Below the pieces are notes generated by a model, which saw only the letters and a list, made by a program, of their open reading frames with translations, ran no database searches and was not told the DNA's origin. A stretch of DNA of 64,000 bases from assembly GCA_964631955.1 (NCBI GenBank), contig CAZWBA010000004.1, positions 11,440-75,439 of the forward strand, written 5' to 3'. Each line of letters starts with the position of its first letter. The first letter of the stretch is position 1. This document shows, piece by piece, positions 9,540-20,881 of the stretch. Made by a program: the position numbers and the translations under genes. The DNA is from an uncultured Verrucomicrobiaceae bacterium (GTDB taxonomy: Bacteria; Pseudomonadota; Gammaproteobacteria; Pseudomonadales; CAMLJR01).

Positions 9540-10487
9540 TTAATTCAACGCAGCATCAAATACGCCCGTCGACAAATAGCGATCACCGCGATCGCAGATA
9601 ATGGCGACGATAATCGCGCTTTCAATCTGCGGATTCGCAAGACGCGCCGCATCGATCTCACGCGACAGCTGCAGCGCTCCCGCGACCGCGCCTCCCGACG
9701 ACACGCCGCACAAAATTCCTTCGCGCGCCGCGAGTTCGCGCATCGTTGTTTCCGCCTCGTCCTGAGTCATATCGATAATGCGGTCGACGCGCTCGCGCTC
9801 GAAGATTTTTGGCAAATACGCATCGGGCCAGCGGCGAATACCGGGAATCGCGGAACCATCGGTGGGTTGCAGGCCGACAATTTGAATCGCGGGATTCTGC
9901 GCTTTCAAATAACGCGAATTCCCCATGATGGTGCCGGTGGTGCCCATCGACGCCACGAAATGCGTAATGCGTCCTCGCGTCTGACGCCAGATTTCGGGAC
10001 CGGTTCCTTCGTAATGCGCGAGCGGATTATCGTCATTCGCGAATTGATCGAGCACCTTGCCCCTGCCTTCGGCCTGCATCCTGAGTGCGAGATCGCGCGC
10101 GCCCTCCATGCCCTCTTCTTTCGTCACCGAAATCAATTGCGCCCCGTACGCGGCCATTGCCAGCTTGCGCTCGGCACTCATATGTCCCGGCATGATCAGA
10201 ATCATGCGATAGCCGCGAATCGCTGCCGCCATCGCCAGCGCGATACCGGTGTTGCCGCTGGTGGCTTCGATCAACGTATCGCCGGGCTGAATTTCACCGC
10301 GCGTCTCGGCGCGGCGAATCATGCTCATCGCGGGTCGGTCCTTCACCGAACCGGCGGGATTATTGCCTTCGAGCTTGACCAGCACGGTGTTCTGCGTATT
10401 GCCGGGCAACCGCTGCAAGCGCACGAGCGGTGTCGAGCCGATGCAGTCTTCTATGGTGGGAAAATCATTGAGGGGAGGAAACGACAT
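9540..10487 (-). CDS. cysM: cysteine synthase B
   Basis: IGSTPLVRLQRLPG..VKLEGNNPAGSVKDRPA..EATSGNTGIALA..ICDRGDRYLSTGVF aligns along its full length with E. coli CysM as I recall it. Start chosen at ATG 10487 (MSFPPLN); ATG 10526 is an alternative. Confidence 0.93.
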   Translation of the reverse strand: MSFPPLNDFPTIEDCIGSTPLVRLQRLPGNTQNTVLVKLEGNNPAGSVKDRPAMSMIRRAETRGEIQPGDTLIEATSGNTGIALAMAAAIRGYRMILIMPGHMSAERKLAMAAYGAQLISVTKEEGMEGARDLALRMQAEGRGKVLDQFANDDNPLAHYEGTGPEIWRQTRGRITHFVASMGTTGTIMGNSRYLKAQNPAIQIVGLQPTDGSAIPGIRRWPDAYLPKIFERERVDRIIDMTQDEAETTMRELAAREGILCGVSSGGAVAGALQLSREIDAARLANPQIESAIIVAIICDRGDRYLSTGVFDAALN

Positions 10488-10648
10488 GCATTGATCCTGC
10501 TGCGCGATGAGGCAAATATCGCTCATCGATTCAGTACACGATGGACGCCGGATCATAACATTGTTCATGCGGCGGTTCGCATATTGGCATTTAATACGCC
10601 GCAATCGGATAATGCGGGCGACTCATAACGAAAGCGCGGCATCGCCCG

Positions 10649-13333
10649 ATGCAAAACCGCAGTCTTAAAGTACTCATTATTTCGACCGCACTGGTTCCCT
10701 CGCTCATCGTTGCGCTCGGGCTCGGTATTTATTTGGGGCACAGCCGCCTGCAGGATGTGGAGCGGCTGCTGCACGATCGCGGCAACGCCAGCTCAGTGCA
10801 GGTCGCCAACGCGGCGCGTCAGGGAATCCTGAGCGGTGATGCCCGCACACTGCAGAATGTTGTCGCTCTCGCGCTCGAAGAGCCAGGCGTCAGCACCGTC
10901 GCCATTTACGATCGCGATCGACGCCTGCTCAAACGTGTCGGCCCCCAGCTTTACGATGTCGACACACTCAATCTGGGGACGCGCCAGCTGACAGTCAGCT
11001 TCGAACAAAGCCTGCGCTTCGTCGCACCCATCAATTCCCTGAGTGCCTTCACCGCGACACTGGGCGATCTCGACGCCGACGACCCGGCACCGCTCGGCTG
11101 GGTCGTTATCGATTATTCGCGCGAACCGAATCTGGTCGAAACGTATCGTTCATTATTCGTCAGCGGTTTAATTGTGGCGCTGGCATTTTTCGGTGCCGCC
11201 ACCATCGCCGTGTTATCGAGCCGCAGACTCGACCGCACGGTAGCCGCCCTGCAACAGGGCATACAGCGTATCGAGCAGGGCGACTTCAACTCGCCCGTGC
11301 AGGTGCGCGATGGCATGCTGCAATCGCTGGCAACCGATATCAATCGTATGGCCGCCGCCATCCAGAATGGCGCGATCGAATTGCAACGCAACCTCGAACA
11401 GACCAACCGCGACTTACGCGAATCGTTAGAAACCGTCGAAGTGCAGAATATCGAGCTGGATCTGGCGCGACGCGAGGCCATTGCCGCATCGCGCATGAAA
11501 TCCGAATTTCTCGCCAACACCAGTCACGAATTGCGTACGCCGCTGAACGGCATTATCGGCTTCACCAAGCTGCTGCTGAAAACCGTGCTCGATGTACGCC
11601 AGCGCGACTATCTCGAAACGATTCGTTACTCCGCAGAAAATCTGCTCAGCATCATCAACGACATCCTCGATTTTTCGAAAATCGAAGCGGGAAAGCTCAC
11701 GCTCGATTCGGCGCCTTTCGACTTGCGCGAACTCATCGAGGACACCCTGGCGATACTGGCGCCCAGTGCCACTGAAAAAAAACTCGATTTAATTTTGCTG
11801 TACGACAACACCGCGCCGCATGCGCTGATCGGCGATCCCCTGCGGCTGCGACAGGTGCTCACCAACTTGATCAGCAACGCCATCAAGTTTACGCAACAGG
11901 GCTATATCACCGTCAAAGTCGAGTTGAGTGAACATACCGACGCGCCCGCGCCGATTAAACTCAGCGTTATCGATACCGGAATCGGCATCGATCCTCAGCA
12001 GCAACCACATCTCTTCAACGCCTTCGCGCAAATCGATGCCACGGCATCGCGGGAATTTGGCGGAAGCGGATTGGGACTTGCCATCAGCAAACGTCTGATC
12101 GAACAAATGGGTGGCGAAATCGGTGTCGAAAGTCAGATCGGCCAGGGTTCGGTGTTCTGGTTCTCGCTGCGTTTGCTGACGCAACAAAATCCACTGCAGA
12201 TTCGTCGCTTCGATCAGCTCGCAGGCATGAAATTATCGCTCTATGATCCCAACCCGCTTTCGCAGGCGGCGCTGCGACAATTATTCGAAAGCTGGCGCAT
12301 CGTCATCATCGCTTTCGACAAATGGCCCGCCGAAGCGGCGCAGGTGCGCTGCGATGGCTGGCTCATCAATCCCGCGTTCGGGGAGGCGATACCGGAATTT
12401 ACCGACGCAATATCGGTTCCCCGCTGGTTATTGCAACCGCGCGGTGCGCCACTGTCGACGAAGGGAATCGATGCGGCGCATGTGCTGCCCAAACCGATTC
12501 ACCACGTGCAGGTCTACGATGCACTCTGCGCCGCGTTATTGCAGCCGGCAGTTCTGCCCCCGCCCATTGCAGCCGTCGCCCAGCATACGCTGCGCGTACT
12601 GGCTGTCGACGACAACGCCACCAATCTGAAGCTGATCGCGCTACTGCTTGAGGAACTGAACGTGTCGGCAACCCTCGCGACCACGGGTTATCAGGCGCTA
12701 GAGCTGTGTGCGCAACAACGCTTCGATTTAATTCTGCTCGATATTCAAATGCCCGAGCTGAGTGGCCCGCAAGTCGCTCAGCTGATTCGCGCAGGCGATA
12801 ATCTCAACCGGCATACGCGTATTGCCGCGCTCACGGCCCATTTACTGCGCGAAGAACAATCGCAATTATTCGCCAGCGGATTTGACGACTGCCTGATCAA
12901 GCCCATTACCGATGATCAGCTTCAGCAATTACTCGATTCCTGCACACAAAAAGCCGATAACGAAATTTCAAAGCCTGTGCGCATCGAACTTTGTCTGTCG
13001 CGCGCGCGCAACAAAGCCGAACTGGCCAAGGAATTCCTGTGCGATTTGCTGCGCGACCTCAACACATCCTTTCGCTCCATCGAAACCACGCTGCAGGCGA
13101 AAGATTATGCAGCGCTGCTGCATGAGGTGCACAAGCTACATGGCGCCTGTTGCTACACCGGCGTGCCGCATTTGCAGAAATGCAGCTATCAGCTGGAAGA
13201 TCTGCTGAAAAGATCGGCGAGCGCCGCCGATATTCATGCCGCGACCACCGAACTGCTCGACGCCATTCAGGAATTATTGAACTGGAACGACAGTCACGAT
13301 CTCGACATTCTGTTCGAAGATACCGTGTGTTGA
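10649..13333 (+). CDS. gacS: hybrid sensor histidine kinase GacS/BarA
   Basis: 894 aa: two TM segments plus HAMP, H-box SHELRTPLN, HATPase (GSGLGLAISKRL), receiver (DLILLDIQMPELSG) and C-terminal Hpt (HKLHGACCYTG). It is divergent from cysM, as with gacS(lemA) in Pseudomonas. Confidence 0.9.
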   Translation: MQNRSLKVLIISTALVPSLIVALGLGIYLGHSRLQDVERLLHDRGNASSVQVANAARQGILSGDARTLQNVVALALEEPGVSTVAIYDRDRRLLKRVGPQLYDVDTLNLGTRQLTVSFEQSLRFVAPINSLSAFTATLGDLDADDPAPLGWVVIDYSREPNLVETYRSLFVSGLIVALAFFGAATIAVLSSRRLDRTVAALQQGIQRIEQGDFNSPVQVRDGMLQSLATDINRMAAAIQNGAIELQRNLEQTNRDLRESLETVEVQNIELDLARREAIAASRMKSEFLANTSHELRTPLNGIIGFTKLLLKTVLDVRQRDYLETIRYSAENLLSIINDILDFSKIEAGKLTLDSAPFDLRELIEDTLAILAPSATEKKLDLILLYDNTAPHALIGDPLRLRQVLTNLISNAIKFTQQGYITVKVELSEHTDAPAPIKLSVIDTGIGIDPQQQPHLFNAFAQIDATASREFGGSGLGLAISKRLIEQMGGEIGVESQIGQGSVFWFSLRLLTQQNPLQIRRFDQLAGMKLSLYDPNPLSQAALRQLFESWRIVIIAFDKWPAEAAQVRCDGWLINPAFGEAIPEFTDAISVPRWLLQPRGAPLSTKGIDAAHVLPKPIHHVQVYDALCAALLQPAVLPPPIAAVAQHTLRVLAVDDNATNLKLIALLLEELNVSATLATTGYQALELCAQQRFDLILLDIQMPELSGPQVAQLIRAGDNLNRHTRIAALTAHLLREEQSQLFASGFDDCLIKPITDDQLQQLLDSCTQKADNEISKPVRIELCLSRARNKAELAKEFLCDLLRDLNTSFRSIETTLQAKDYAALLHEVHKLHGACCYTGVPHLQKCSYQLEDLLKRSASAADIHAATTELLDAIQELLNWNDSHDLDILFEDTVC

Positions 13334-13337
13334 TTTT

Positions 13338-14021
13338 TTATTTTTCGACCACAAACAGCGAGCGGCTGCGCAGCGGTTTATCGCCGAGATGCGGCTGTAA
13401 CGCCGCACGGCACAAGCCTTTCAATGTACGGCGCGCTTCGGCGCTGTAATTGCCCGCTACGAATTCACACAATGCGCGGCCGCTCAATGCGGCCGATGAC
13501 CCTGCCGTGACATTCAACCCCTGACCGGGATCGAAACGATAATGCATCCGCGCATCGATGGGTTGCCCTGCGGCATCGGTGGTCAAATCGAGTCCATACC
13601 CGAGCTCTTCCAGCAATCGCAGCTCAAAATGACGCAGTGCAATATCGAGCCGATCGAGCGTCAGCAATTGCGGCAAAACATTTTCGTATTCGGGAAATAG
13701 ATCGGGATGCGGATCGTCGCGATGCAGTAACCGGCAAAGTAATTCATTGAGATAAAAACCGCTGAACAATCCCTGCCGCTGTAATGGCACGGCACCCGCT
13801 CGCGACTCGATCTGCTTCAACAGTTTGAGTTCTCCCGCGCCGCCGAACTCAACCCAGACCGGTTGAAACGGCTGCAACAGGGAACGCTGGCTGATACCTC
13901 GACGCTGACTGCGCGCACCGCGCGCGATTGCGGAGAGCCTTTCCCCCTGCGAGGTGAACACATCGACGATCAGACTGGTATCGCGATAGTCGCGCGCATG
14001 AAGAATATAGGCTGCGTGCAT
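13338..14021 (-). CDS. recO: DNA repair protein RecO
   Basis: MHAAYILHARDYRDTSLIVDVFTSQGERLSAIARGARS... Position after era is conserved. Confidence 0.92.
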   Translation of the reverse strand: MHAAYILHARDYRDTSLIVDVFTSQGERLSAIARGARSQRRGISQRSLLQPFQPVWVEFGGAGELKLLKQIESRAGAVPLQRQGLFSGFYLNELLCRLLHRDDPHPDLFPEYENVLPQLLTLDRLDIALRHFELRLLEELGYGLDLTTDAAGQPIDARMHYRFDPGQGLNVTAGSSAALSGRALCEFVAGNYSAEARRTLKGLCRAALQPHLGDKPLRSRSLFVVEK

Positions 14022-14042
14022 GCAGAATCCGTCGGCAGCGGT

Positions 14043-14966
14043 CTAGTCGCTGTACCCGAGGCTGCGCAGCGCACGTTCGTCATCCGACCAGCCCGCTTTT
14101 ACTTTCACCCACAGCTTGAGCATGATCTTGCTGCCGAATAATTTCTGCATATCCTTGCGCGCTTCCTCGCCGATCTGACGGATACGTTCGCCGCCCGTGC
14201 CGATGACAATTTTTTTCTGACCGTCGCGCTCGACCAGAATGAGCGCATCGATATGCAGAATTTTTCCTTCGCGCCTGAACGTTTCGATTTCAACGGTGAC
14301 CTCGTAAGGCACTTCCTCGCCGAGCTGGCGCATCACTTTTTCGCGCACAAGCTCCGCCGCGAGAAAACGTTCGCTGCGATCGGTGATCTGATCTTCGGGA
14401 AAGAAATGCGGGTTTTCAGGCAGATGCTTGCTGATCGTTGCTTCGAGTTCCGCAAGATTATGGCCGCGCAACGCCGACAGCGGAAAAATTTCCGCGAACG
14501 AAAATTTCTGCGCGTACTGCTGTAATGCAGGCAATAGTTCGCTCTTGTTCTCGATCAAATCGACCTTATTGATCGCGAGAATGACGGGGCATTTTGCCGC
14601 ACGCAGCTTTTCCAGCACCAGCTCGTCTTCGTCGGTCCAGCGCAGGCGATCGACGACGAATACGACCAGATCGACATCGAAGATCGCCTGACTCGCTTCG
14701 CGATTCATATAGCGATTGATCGCTTTTGGCTCGACGCGATGCAGGCCCGGTGTATCGACATAAATAATCTGCGAATCGCCGTCGGTTTTAATGCCGAGCA
14801 CACGATGACGCGTGGTTTGCGGCTTGCGCGAGGTGATACTGATTTTCTGTCCGAGCAGATGGTTGAGCAGCGTCGATTTGCCGACATTGGGTCGTCCCAC
14901 GAGGGCGACATAGCCGCAACGGGTATTGGTATTTTCGCCGGAATCACCATTGTCGGATGTGCTCAT
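14043..14966 (-). CDS. era: GTPase Era
   Basis: [18 protein letters not shown] (G1), DTPG, NKVD and a KH domain. The track start at 14996 is a TTG. The ATG at 14966 has GGAG 8 nt upstream. Confidence 0.94.
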   Translation of the reverse strand: MSTSDNGDSGENTNTRCGYVALVGRPNVGKSTLLNHLLGQKISITSRKPQTTRHRVLGIKTDGDSQIIYVDTPGLHRVEPKAINRYMNREASQAIFDVDLVVFVVDRLRWTDEDELVLEKLRAAKCPVILAINKVDLIENKSELLPALQQYAQKFSFAEIFPLSALRGHNLAELEATISKHLPENPHFFPEDQITDRSERFLAAELVREKVMRQLGEEVPYEVTVEIETFRREGKILHIDALILVERDGQKKIVIGTGGERIRQIGEEARKDMQKLFGSKIMLKLWVKVKAGWSDDERALRSLGYSD

Positions 14967-15020
14967 TACTGCGGCTCCAGTTTCTTCCTGCTTCAACAGT
15001 TTATTCCTGTGCTAACCAAT

Positions 15021-15707
15021 TTATTCCTGCTCTAAAAGGAACGACAACGCCTGCTGCGCCGCCGCTTGCTCAGCCGCACGTCGATTCGTGCCGCTGCCGC
15101 TGAACGGTTTCGTTACCGAGGGAACCGTACAAACCATATCGAATTGCTGATTGTGCTCCTCGCCGTGCGTCGCTGCCAGCGTGTACACCGGCAATGCGCG
15201 ACCACGCGCCTGCAGCCACTCCTGCAGACGGGTTTTCGGATCCTTGTTGATTTCGCCGGGCATCACCTGCTGCAAACGCGTTTCGAACCATGCCTCGACA
15301 CAGCGTTTGCAGGCGTCGATACCCGCATCGAGATAAATCGCACCGATAAGCGCTTCCAACGTATCGGCCAGAATCGAATCGCGCCGCTTGCCACCGCTTT
15401 TCATTTCCCCGGAGCCGAGCCGAAGGTATTCGCCCAATTCGAATTCGCGCGCAATCGCCGCAAGCGTTTCGGTGCGAATCAACGTCGCGCGCATGCGTGT
15501 GAGTTCGCCCTCGCGAGTGTCGGGAAAACGCTGGAACAAGGCTTCGGCAATAACGAAATTGACGATGGCATCGCCCAGAAACTCCAGGCGTTCGTTATGC
15601 GAGGAACCATGACTGCGATGCGTAAGCGCCCGCTCGGCAAGCGCTGTGTTTTGAAAGGAATAACCTAGACGCCGAAACAATACGGCCTTGGCGTCGATGA
15701 AACTCAT
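15021..15707 (-). CDS. rnc: ribonuclease III
   Basis: NERLEFLGDA catalytic signature plus a C-terminal dsRBD. 228 aa. Confidence 0.96.
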   Translation of the reverse strand: MSFIDAKAVLFRRLGYSFQNTALAERALTHRSHGSSHNERLEFLGDAIVNFVIAEALFQRFPDTREGELTRMRATLIRTETLAAIAREFELGEYLRLGSGEMKSGGKRRDSILADTLEALIGAIYLDAGIDACKRCVEAWFETRLQQVMPGEINKDPKTRLQEWLQARGRALPVYTLAATHGEEHNQQFDMVCTVPSVTKPFSGSGTNRRAAEQAAAQQALSFLLEQE

Positions 15708-16084
15708 TCGGACGAGGACAACTTATAAACGAGCTTGTCGAATTTAACCACGACATCGAGATTAGCGATCAACGGCACGCGCTTTTCGTAATTCGCATTA
15801 ACTTCACGACCGGCCTTGTTTTCGACAAATTTGATATTTTTCGTTTCGATGGATTCGATGCGGCTTACATCAAGCTGCTTTTGAATGGAGGAAATTAATT
15901 CGGCTCGTCCTTTCCCCGATGCCTGCGGTCCAACCAGCACCAGATCCAATGCTTTTTTGGTTTGCCAATACTCTAAATACACAGGGCCAATTCTAAAGAA
16001 GCAAGTCAACGCAAACGACGCAATGGCGAGCACGATCAGCCAGCCGAGCGTTCCCATACCCATCTGTTGTTTGCGCAATTGCAT
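15704..16084 (-). CDS. DUF4845 domain-containing membrane protein
   Basis: 126 aa with an N-terminal TM (GTLGWLIVLAIASFALTCFF) followed by RIGPVYLEYWQ. It occupies the conserved slot between lepB and rnc. ATGA overlap with the rnc start. Confidence 0.8.
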   Translation of the reverse strand: MQLRKQQMGMGTLGWLIVLAIASFALTCFFRIGPVYLEYWQTKKALDLVLVGPQASGKGRAELISSIQKQLDVSRIESIETKNIKFVENKAGREVNANYEKRVPLIANLDVVVKFDKLVYKLSSSE

Positions 16085-16104
16085 TCTTTATTTCCCCTGC
16101 CAGT

Positions 16105-17121
16105 TTATTTGATGGCGCCGACGCGATCGAAGCTCGGAATGGAAAACAGCGACTCCCAGTGCATCCAAACCGCGAAGGCCTTGCCGACGATGTTCTCTTC
16201 CGGAACCTGCCCCCAGAAACGCGAATCGGCGCTGTTATCGCGGTTGTCACCCATCATGAAATAGTGGCCGGGCTGAACCACGATATCGACTTCGTCCGCT
16301 GCGGGATGATAGCTGTCGACCGTCTTGTAAATGCTGTGCTCGACCGCTCCCAGCTTTTCCGACGCAAATTCCACGGAGGGCAGTTGCGGCAGGGTCGCCA
16401 GATAGGTCTGATCGGCTTTTTCGCCATTTATGTATAGCACTTTGTGGCGATACTGGATGTGATCGCCCGGCAAGCCGATCAATCGCTTGATGAAGTACAC
16501 ATTTTTATGCGGTGGAAAAAAGACGATGACGTCGCCGCGCCTGGGTTCACCGACATCGAGAATCTTTGTCTTCAGCACGGGTAGACGTAAGCCATAGCTG
16601 AATTTGTTAACAAGGATGTAATCGCCGACCTGCAGGGTGGGGACCATCGATGCCGACGGGATCTGGAATGGCTCGGCGATGAACGAACGCAATACGAGCA
16701 CCGCACCCAGCACCGGGAAAAACGAGCGTGCGTACTCCGCGATGGGCCGCTGCGCCACCAGTGCTTCGCTATCGCTGTGCAGATTGTTGCTCAGCGCACG
16801 ACGGCGACGTTCGAACCAGAAGCGATCGAGTGCGCCGATAACGCCAGAGAGCAGCGTCAACATAACGAGGACGAGCGCGAAATCGCCATCCTTTTGTGTA
16901 ACGACGCGCACCAGCCAGAATATCCACAGCACCAGAATGATTTTGAATAACCAGTCAGACCAGGCTGGCTCGCCTCCCGCATCCTGATCGGATTTGCCGA
17001 AACGGACATGTTCGGCGACGGCCCATTGCTGCTGGCGGCGACCAATCAATTCCTGCAACAACCAGACGATGACCGTGACAGCCACTAAAACCAGCAGCAG
17101 GGTATTGGTATTGACCATCAT
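16105..17121 (-). CDS. lepB: signal peptidase I
   Basis: PFQIPSASMVPTL (catalytic Ser box), GDNRDNSADSR and GVPEENIVGKA boxes. 338 aa. Confidence 0.95.
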   Translation of the reverse strand: MMVNTNTLLLVLVAVTVIVWLLQELIGRRQQQWAVAEHVRFGKSDQDAGGEPAWSDWLFKIILVLWIFWLVRVVTQKDGDFALVLVMLTLLSGVIGALDRFWFERRRRALSNNLHSDSEALVAQRPIAEYARSFFPVLGAVLVLRSFIAEPFQIPSASMVPTLQVGDYILVNKFSYGLRLPVLKTKILDVGEPRRGDVIVFFPPHKNVYFIKRLIGLPGDHIQYRHKVLYINGEKADQTYLATLPQLPSVEFASEKLGAVEHSIYKTVDSYHPAADEVDIVVQPGHYFMMGDNRDNSADSRFWGQVPEENIVGKAFAVWMHWESLFSIPSFDRVGAIK

Positions 17122-17176
17122 TGATGCGCTTCCCGTTTATTGACCTACAGCCGTTATTTTTAGATTTCGTATCGAC

Positions 17177-18976
17177 TCAGCTATCGACTTTCAGTACAGC
17201 CAAAAACGCGCTCTGTGGAATTTCCACACTGCCGACCTGTTTCATGCGTTTTTTGCCCGCTTTTTGTTTTTCCAGCAGCTTTTTCTTGCGCGATACGTCG
17301 CCACCATAGCATTTTGCCAGCACATTTTTGCGTAATGCCTTCACCGTCGAACGCGCAATGATCTGGCCACCGAGCGCCGCTTGAATCGCGACATCGAACA
17401 TCTGACGCGGAATCAATTCCTGCATTTTTTCGACGAGTGCACGGCCGCGATACGGTGCCTGTTCTTTATGCACGATAATCGCGAGCGCATCGACTTTCTC
17501 GCCGTTGATCAAAATATCGAGACGCGCGAGCCGGGCCGGCTGGAAATGCGAGAACGAATAATCGAGCGAAGCAAAACCGCGACTGACCGATTTCAGGCGA
17601 TCGAAGAAATCGAGCACGACTTCAGCCATCGGCAATTCGAAAGTCAGCGATACCTGATGGCCGAGAAACAACATATCTTTCTGCACACCGCGCCGCTCGA
17701 CGCACAATGTCATCACATTGCCGAGATACTCCTGCGGCACGAGAATATTGGCCGTCGCGATCGGCTCGCGCATTTCGTCGATTTCACCGGGATCGGGTAA
17801 CTTCGAAGGGTTGTCGACCTGAATGATTTCGCCGCTGGTTTTCACCACTTCGTAAATTACCGTCGGCGCGGTAGTAATCAGATCGAGATCGTATTCGCGC
17901 TCCAATCGCTCCTGAATGATTTCCATGTGCAGCATGCCGAGAAAACCGCAGCGGAAACCAAACCCGAGCGCATCCGAACTTTCGGGTTCGTAAAATAATG
18001 ACGAATCATTGAGTGTCAGTTTCGCCAGCGCATCGCGAAACGATTCGTAGTCCTCCGACGAAATCGTGAACAAACCCGCGTATACCTGCGGTTTGATCTT
18101 CTTGAAACCCGGCAGTGCTTCGACGTTCGGCGTGCTCGCATGCGTGATGGTGTCGCCGACGGGAGCACCGTGAATATCCTTGATGCCGGCGATGATGAAA
18201 CCCACTTCGCCCGCCTTGAGATCGCCGGTTTCCGTATGCTTTGGCGTGAACACGCCGACGCTGTCGACCAGCTGCGCCTTGCCGATCGATTTGGTAATGA
18301 TTTTGTCGCCCTTTTTTATGCGGCCATTTTTGACGCGCACCAGCGAAACGACGCCGAGATAATTATCGAACCACGAATCGATAATGAGCGCCTGCAATGG
18401 CTCGTCGAGCTCGCCCGCTGGCGGCGGAATCAGTGCGACCAGCTGTTCGAGCAAATCCTCGATGCCGAGCCCCGATTTCGCGCTGATGGGCGTCGCGTGC
18501 GAGGCATCGACACCGATGATTTCTTCGATTTCCTTTTTAACCTTGTCGGGATCGGCCTGCGGCAAATCCATTTTATTGAGCACGGGAATGACTTCGAGTC
18601 CCTGCTCGATTGCGGTATAGCAATTCGCGACCGATTGCGCTTCGACGCCCTGCGCGGCATCGACGACAAGCAGCGCTCCCTCACACGCCGCCAGCGAGCG
18701 CGAGACTTCGTAACTGAAATCGACGTGGCCGGGCGTATCGATGAAATTGAGCTGATATGTTTTGCCGTCTTTCGCCTTGTAATGCAGCGTAACGCTGTGC
18801 GCCTTGATGGTGATGCCGCGCTCGCGCTCGATATCCATCGAGTCGAGAACCTGCGCCTCCATTTCACGTGCCTCAAGACCGCCGCACAATTGAATGAACC
18901 GATCCGCCAGCGTGGATTTACCGTGGTCGATGTGGGCGATGATGGAAAAGTTGCGAATGTGATCCAGATTACTCAC
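17177..18976 (-). CDS. lepA: translation elongation factor 4
   Basis: [17 protein letters not shown]..., DTPGHVDF, 599 aa. GTG start codon. Confidence 0.96.
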   Translation of the reverse strand: MSNLDHIRNFSIIAHIDHGKSTLADRFIQLCGGLEAREMEAQVLDSMDIERERGITIKAHSVTLHYKAKDGKTYQLNFIDTPGHVDFSYEVSRSLAACEGALLVVDAAQGVEAQSVANCYTAIEQGLEVIPVLNKMDLPQADPDKVKKEIEEIIGVDASHATPISAKSGLGIEDLLEQLVALIPPPAGELDEPLQALIIDSWFDNYLGVVSLVRVKNGRIKKGDKIITKSIGKAQLVDSVGVFTPKHTETGDLKAGEVGFIIAGIKDIHGAPVGDTITHASTPNVEALPGFKKIKPQVYAGLFTISSEDYESFRDALAKLTLNDSSLFYEPESSDALGFGFRCGFLGMLHMEIIQERLEREYDLDLITTAPTVIYEVVKTSGEIIQVDNPSKLPDPGEIDEMREPIATANILVPQEYLGNVMTLCVERRGVQKDMLFLGHQVSLTFELPMAEVVLDFFDRLKSVSRGFASLDYSFSHFQPARLARLDILINGEKVDALAIIVHKEQAPYRGRALVEKMQELIPRQMFDVAIQAALGGQIIARSTVKALRKNVLAKCYGGDVSRKKKLLEKQKAGKKRMKQVGSVEIPQSAFLAVLKVDS

Positions 18977-19131
18977 GGGTCAAAGGTGCTCACAGGAAAT
19001 GCAATCAGCAGCGGGAATGGAAAGAACGGGAACCGTTCGGCATGCGTGCACCGTATTTGGATGAACCACGGCGCGTGCAGGGCCGGCATTGTAGCGCAAA
19101 AGCTGCGCGCAGCACCATGAAACGGCCGGCC

Positions 19132-20169
19132 CTAACGCGACGCCGCGTTCCTGTCCCACTCGACCGAATTCGCCACGCGCCTGGCGGTTTCAGACGGTAT
19201 TTCGCCGACCACCAGAATCAGATGCGGCTTTCCGGATACCTGAAACGGCCGCATGTACGCCACCGTCGCGCCCTGCAGTGCACTGCCCTCGCGCTCTGGC
19301 AGCGGCTCGTCGGCGGCTTCGACAAAAACCGAAAACGCCGCCAGCCCGTCGGAATACGTGAGAACCTCCTCGGCGATACGGTGAGGCGCCAGCGCCAGCG
19401 CGAATCCCGGCGGTAGCCAGCGCGGCTTCCACGCCATCTGCGTCTCTTCGACCACACGCTCGATCGGCATCGGGTCGCGGGCATTTCCTTTGGCTGCCGT
19501 GACCGCATCTGCCAGCCATTCCTTTTTTAACGGCTCGCCGATCTGCACATCGACAAACTGCACCCGCTCCAGTACCTGATCGACCTGATTGAGCGACTCG
19601 AAACGCAGCAGCAGGCCGGTGTCGTAATCGAGCGCGAGGCGATAGCTGTAGCGAAACTCATCGCGCGCCCTGACATTCAGCGCTATGGCGCGACGGTTGG
19701 CGATACGGCTTTCGTCGCCCACGCTGATCGCGTAATAAGCCTCCAGATCCGCCAGGCCCGCCTTCAGGACATGGCGATGCAGCAGACGCTCGAGCCGCTC
19801 GCCCAATTGAATGCACGTCAACTGATCGCCGTGACGAATCACCTCGCGATGCTCACCATCGAGATGCTCCAGGCGTTCATAAACTTCACCGTTGTAAATG
19901 CCGTGCGTCACCCGCAGCGATTCCTGATGGTCGCCACGCGTGTATGTCAGGACACCGCGAAAATTCAATTCATCCACGCGCGCGAGTCGATTGAGCCACA
20001 CCGCGCTGTCGCTGCTTTCTGCTGCCCCTTTATCACCTGCCCACGCGGGGGCGGGTGCCCCGGCAATGACAAACAAGACAAAGGACATCGCCAAAAACTG
20101 CATCACCATAAACAAACACGCCGACAAAAGTCGGCGTATTTGCTGCAGTTTGAATACGCTATTGCTCAT
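19132..20169 (-). CDS. mucB: sigma-E factor regulatory protein MucB/RseB
   Basis: Position directly after mucA, with a signal peptide ending APAWA. Start chosen at ATG 20169 (MSNSVFKL), overlapping the mucA stop by 11 nt. The track ORF begins 45 nt upstream. Confidence 0.85.
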   Translation of the reverse strand: MSNSVFKLQQIRRLLSACLFMVMQFLAMSFVLFVIAGAPAPAWAGDKGAAESSDSAVWLNRLARVDELNFRGVLTYTRGDHQESLRVTHGIYNGEVYERLEHLDGEHREVIRHGDQLTCIQLGERLERLLHRHVLKAGLADLEAYYAISVGDESRIANRRAIALNVRARDEFRYSYRLALDYDTGLLLRFESLNQVDQVLERVQFVDVQIGEPLKKEWLADAVTAAKGNARDPMPIERVVEETQMAWKPRWLPPGFALALAPHRIAEEVLTYSDGLAAFSVFVEAADEPLPEREGSALQGATVAYMRPFQVSGKPHLILVVGEIPSETARRVANSVEWDRNAASR

Positions 20170-20773
20170 CGCCGAGTTCGGAAACCTTCGAGAAACTGAT
20201 AACGCCCTGACCATTGTTCATCGCTGCGCGCTCGGTATGGCGCAACAGATATTGCTGCAGACGCTGCCGCGCAAACTGATCGGGATCCAGGGCCGCGGGC
20301 TGGACAAACCCGGGAGAGGACATCATCGCTGCGCCAACGGCCACATTGCTGACGGGCGAGGAGAACGAGCCCACCGGGAAGACGCCGGCGGCACTGACAT
20401 TCGACTGTGCAATAGCGGCGTCGCCACTGACTGAATTCAGACCGCGTGCACCGACGACAACGACAGCAGCCACCGAAGCCGCAACCGCTACGCTCGCGAA
20501 TGGACGCCACCAGCGAGAACCGGCAGCTGCGGGTAACGCCTCATCGGCCAGCACCGATTGAATGCCGAGAGAGATGTCGATATGCGCGAAACGCATGTCG
20601 GCGCCGCTGAGCATATCGCGCTGCAAATGATAGTTGCGCCATGACTCGCGAACCTCCTGCGCATCGGCATTCGCCAGTATGCGACGCAATTCCAGCTCGT
20701 CGGCTTCGCCATCGATCAGCGCGGAAATCGATTCGCGCAATTTGCTTTGCGGCCCGCCACTCACATCGCTCAT
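20159..20773 (-). CDS. mucA: anti-sigma-E factor MucA/RseA
   Basis: LRESISALIDGEADELELRRILAN is the RseA/MucA N-terminal anti-sigma motif, with a central TM. Either ATG 20773 or ATG 20785 is possible. Confidence 0.88.
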   Translation of the reverse strand: MSDVSGGPQSKLRESISALIDGEADELELRRILANADAQEVRESWRNYHLQRDMLSGADMRFAHIDISLGIQSVLADEALPAAAGSRWWRPFASVAVAASVAAVVVVGARGLNSVSGDAAIAQSNVSAAGVFPVGSFSSPVSNVAVGAAMMSSPGFVQPAALDPDQFARQRLQQYLLRHTERAAMNNGQGVISFSKVSELGDEQ

Positions 20774-20881
20774 ACGATCACCCATCTCAGAAAAGAATTC
20801 TTGAACTCAACCTTCATCCGCCGCGCACTTCATTCACGCACCAGCGCATCGCGCGCGCACTAGCTAATTTCTGGCGCACTG

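Noticed and set aside
13333-13338. Extremely tight convergent gene ends without terminator hairpins: gacS/recO (4 nt apart), TBDR/MBL at 44691/44697 (5 nt), and nitroreductase/Cys-rich gene at 55474/55475 (0 nt).
   Set aside because: This is common in compact bacterial genomes. No additional structure or sequence signal was seen at these junctions.
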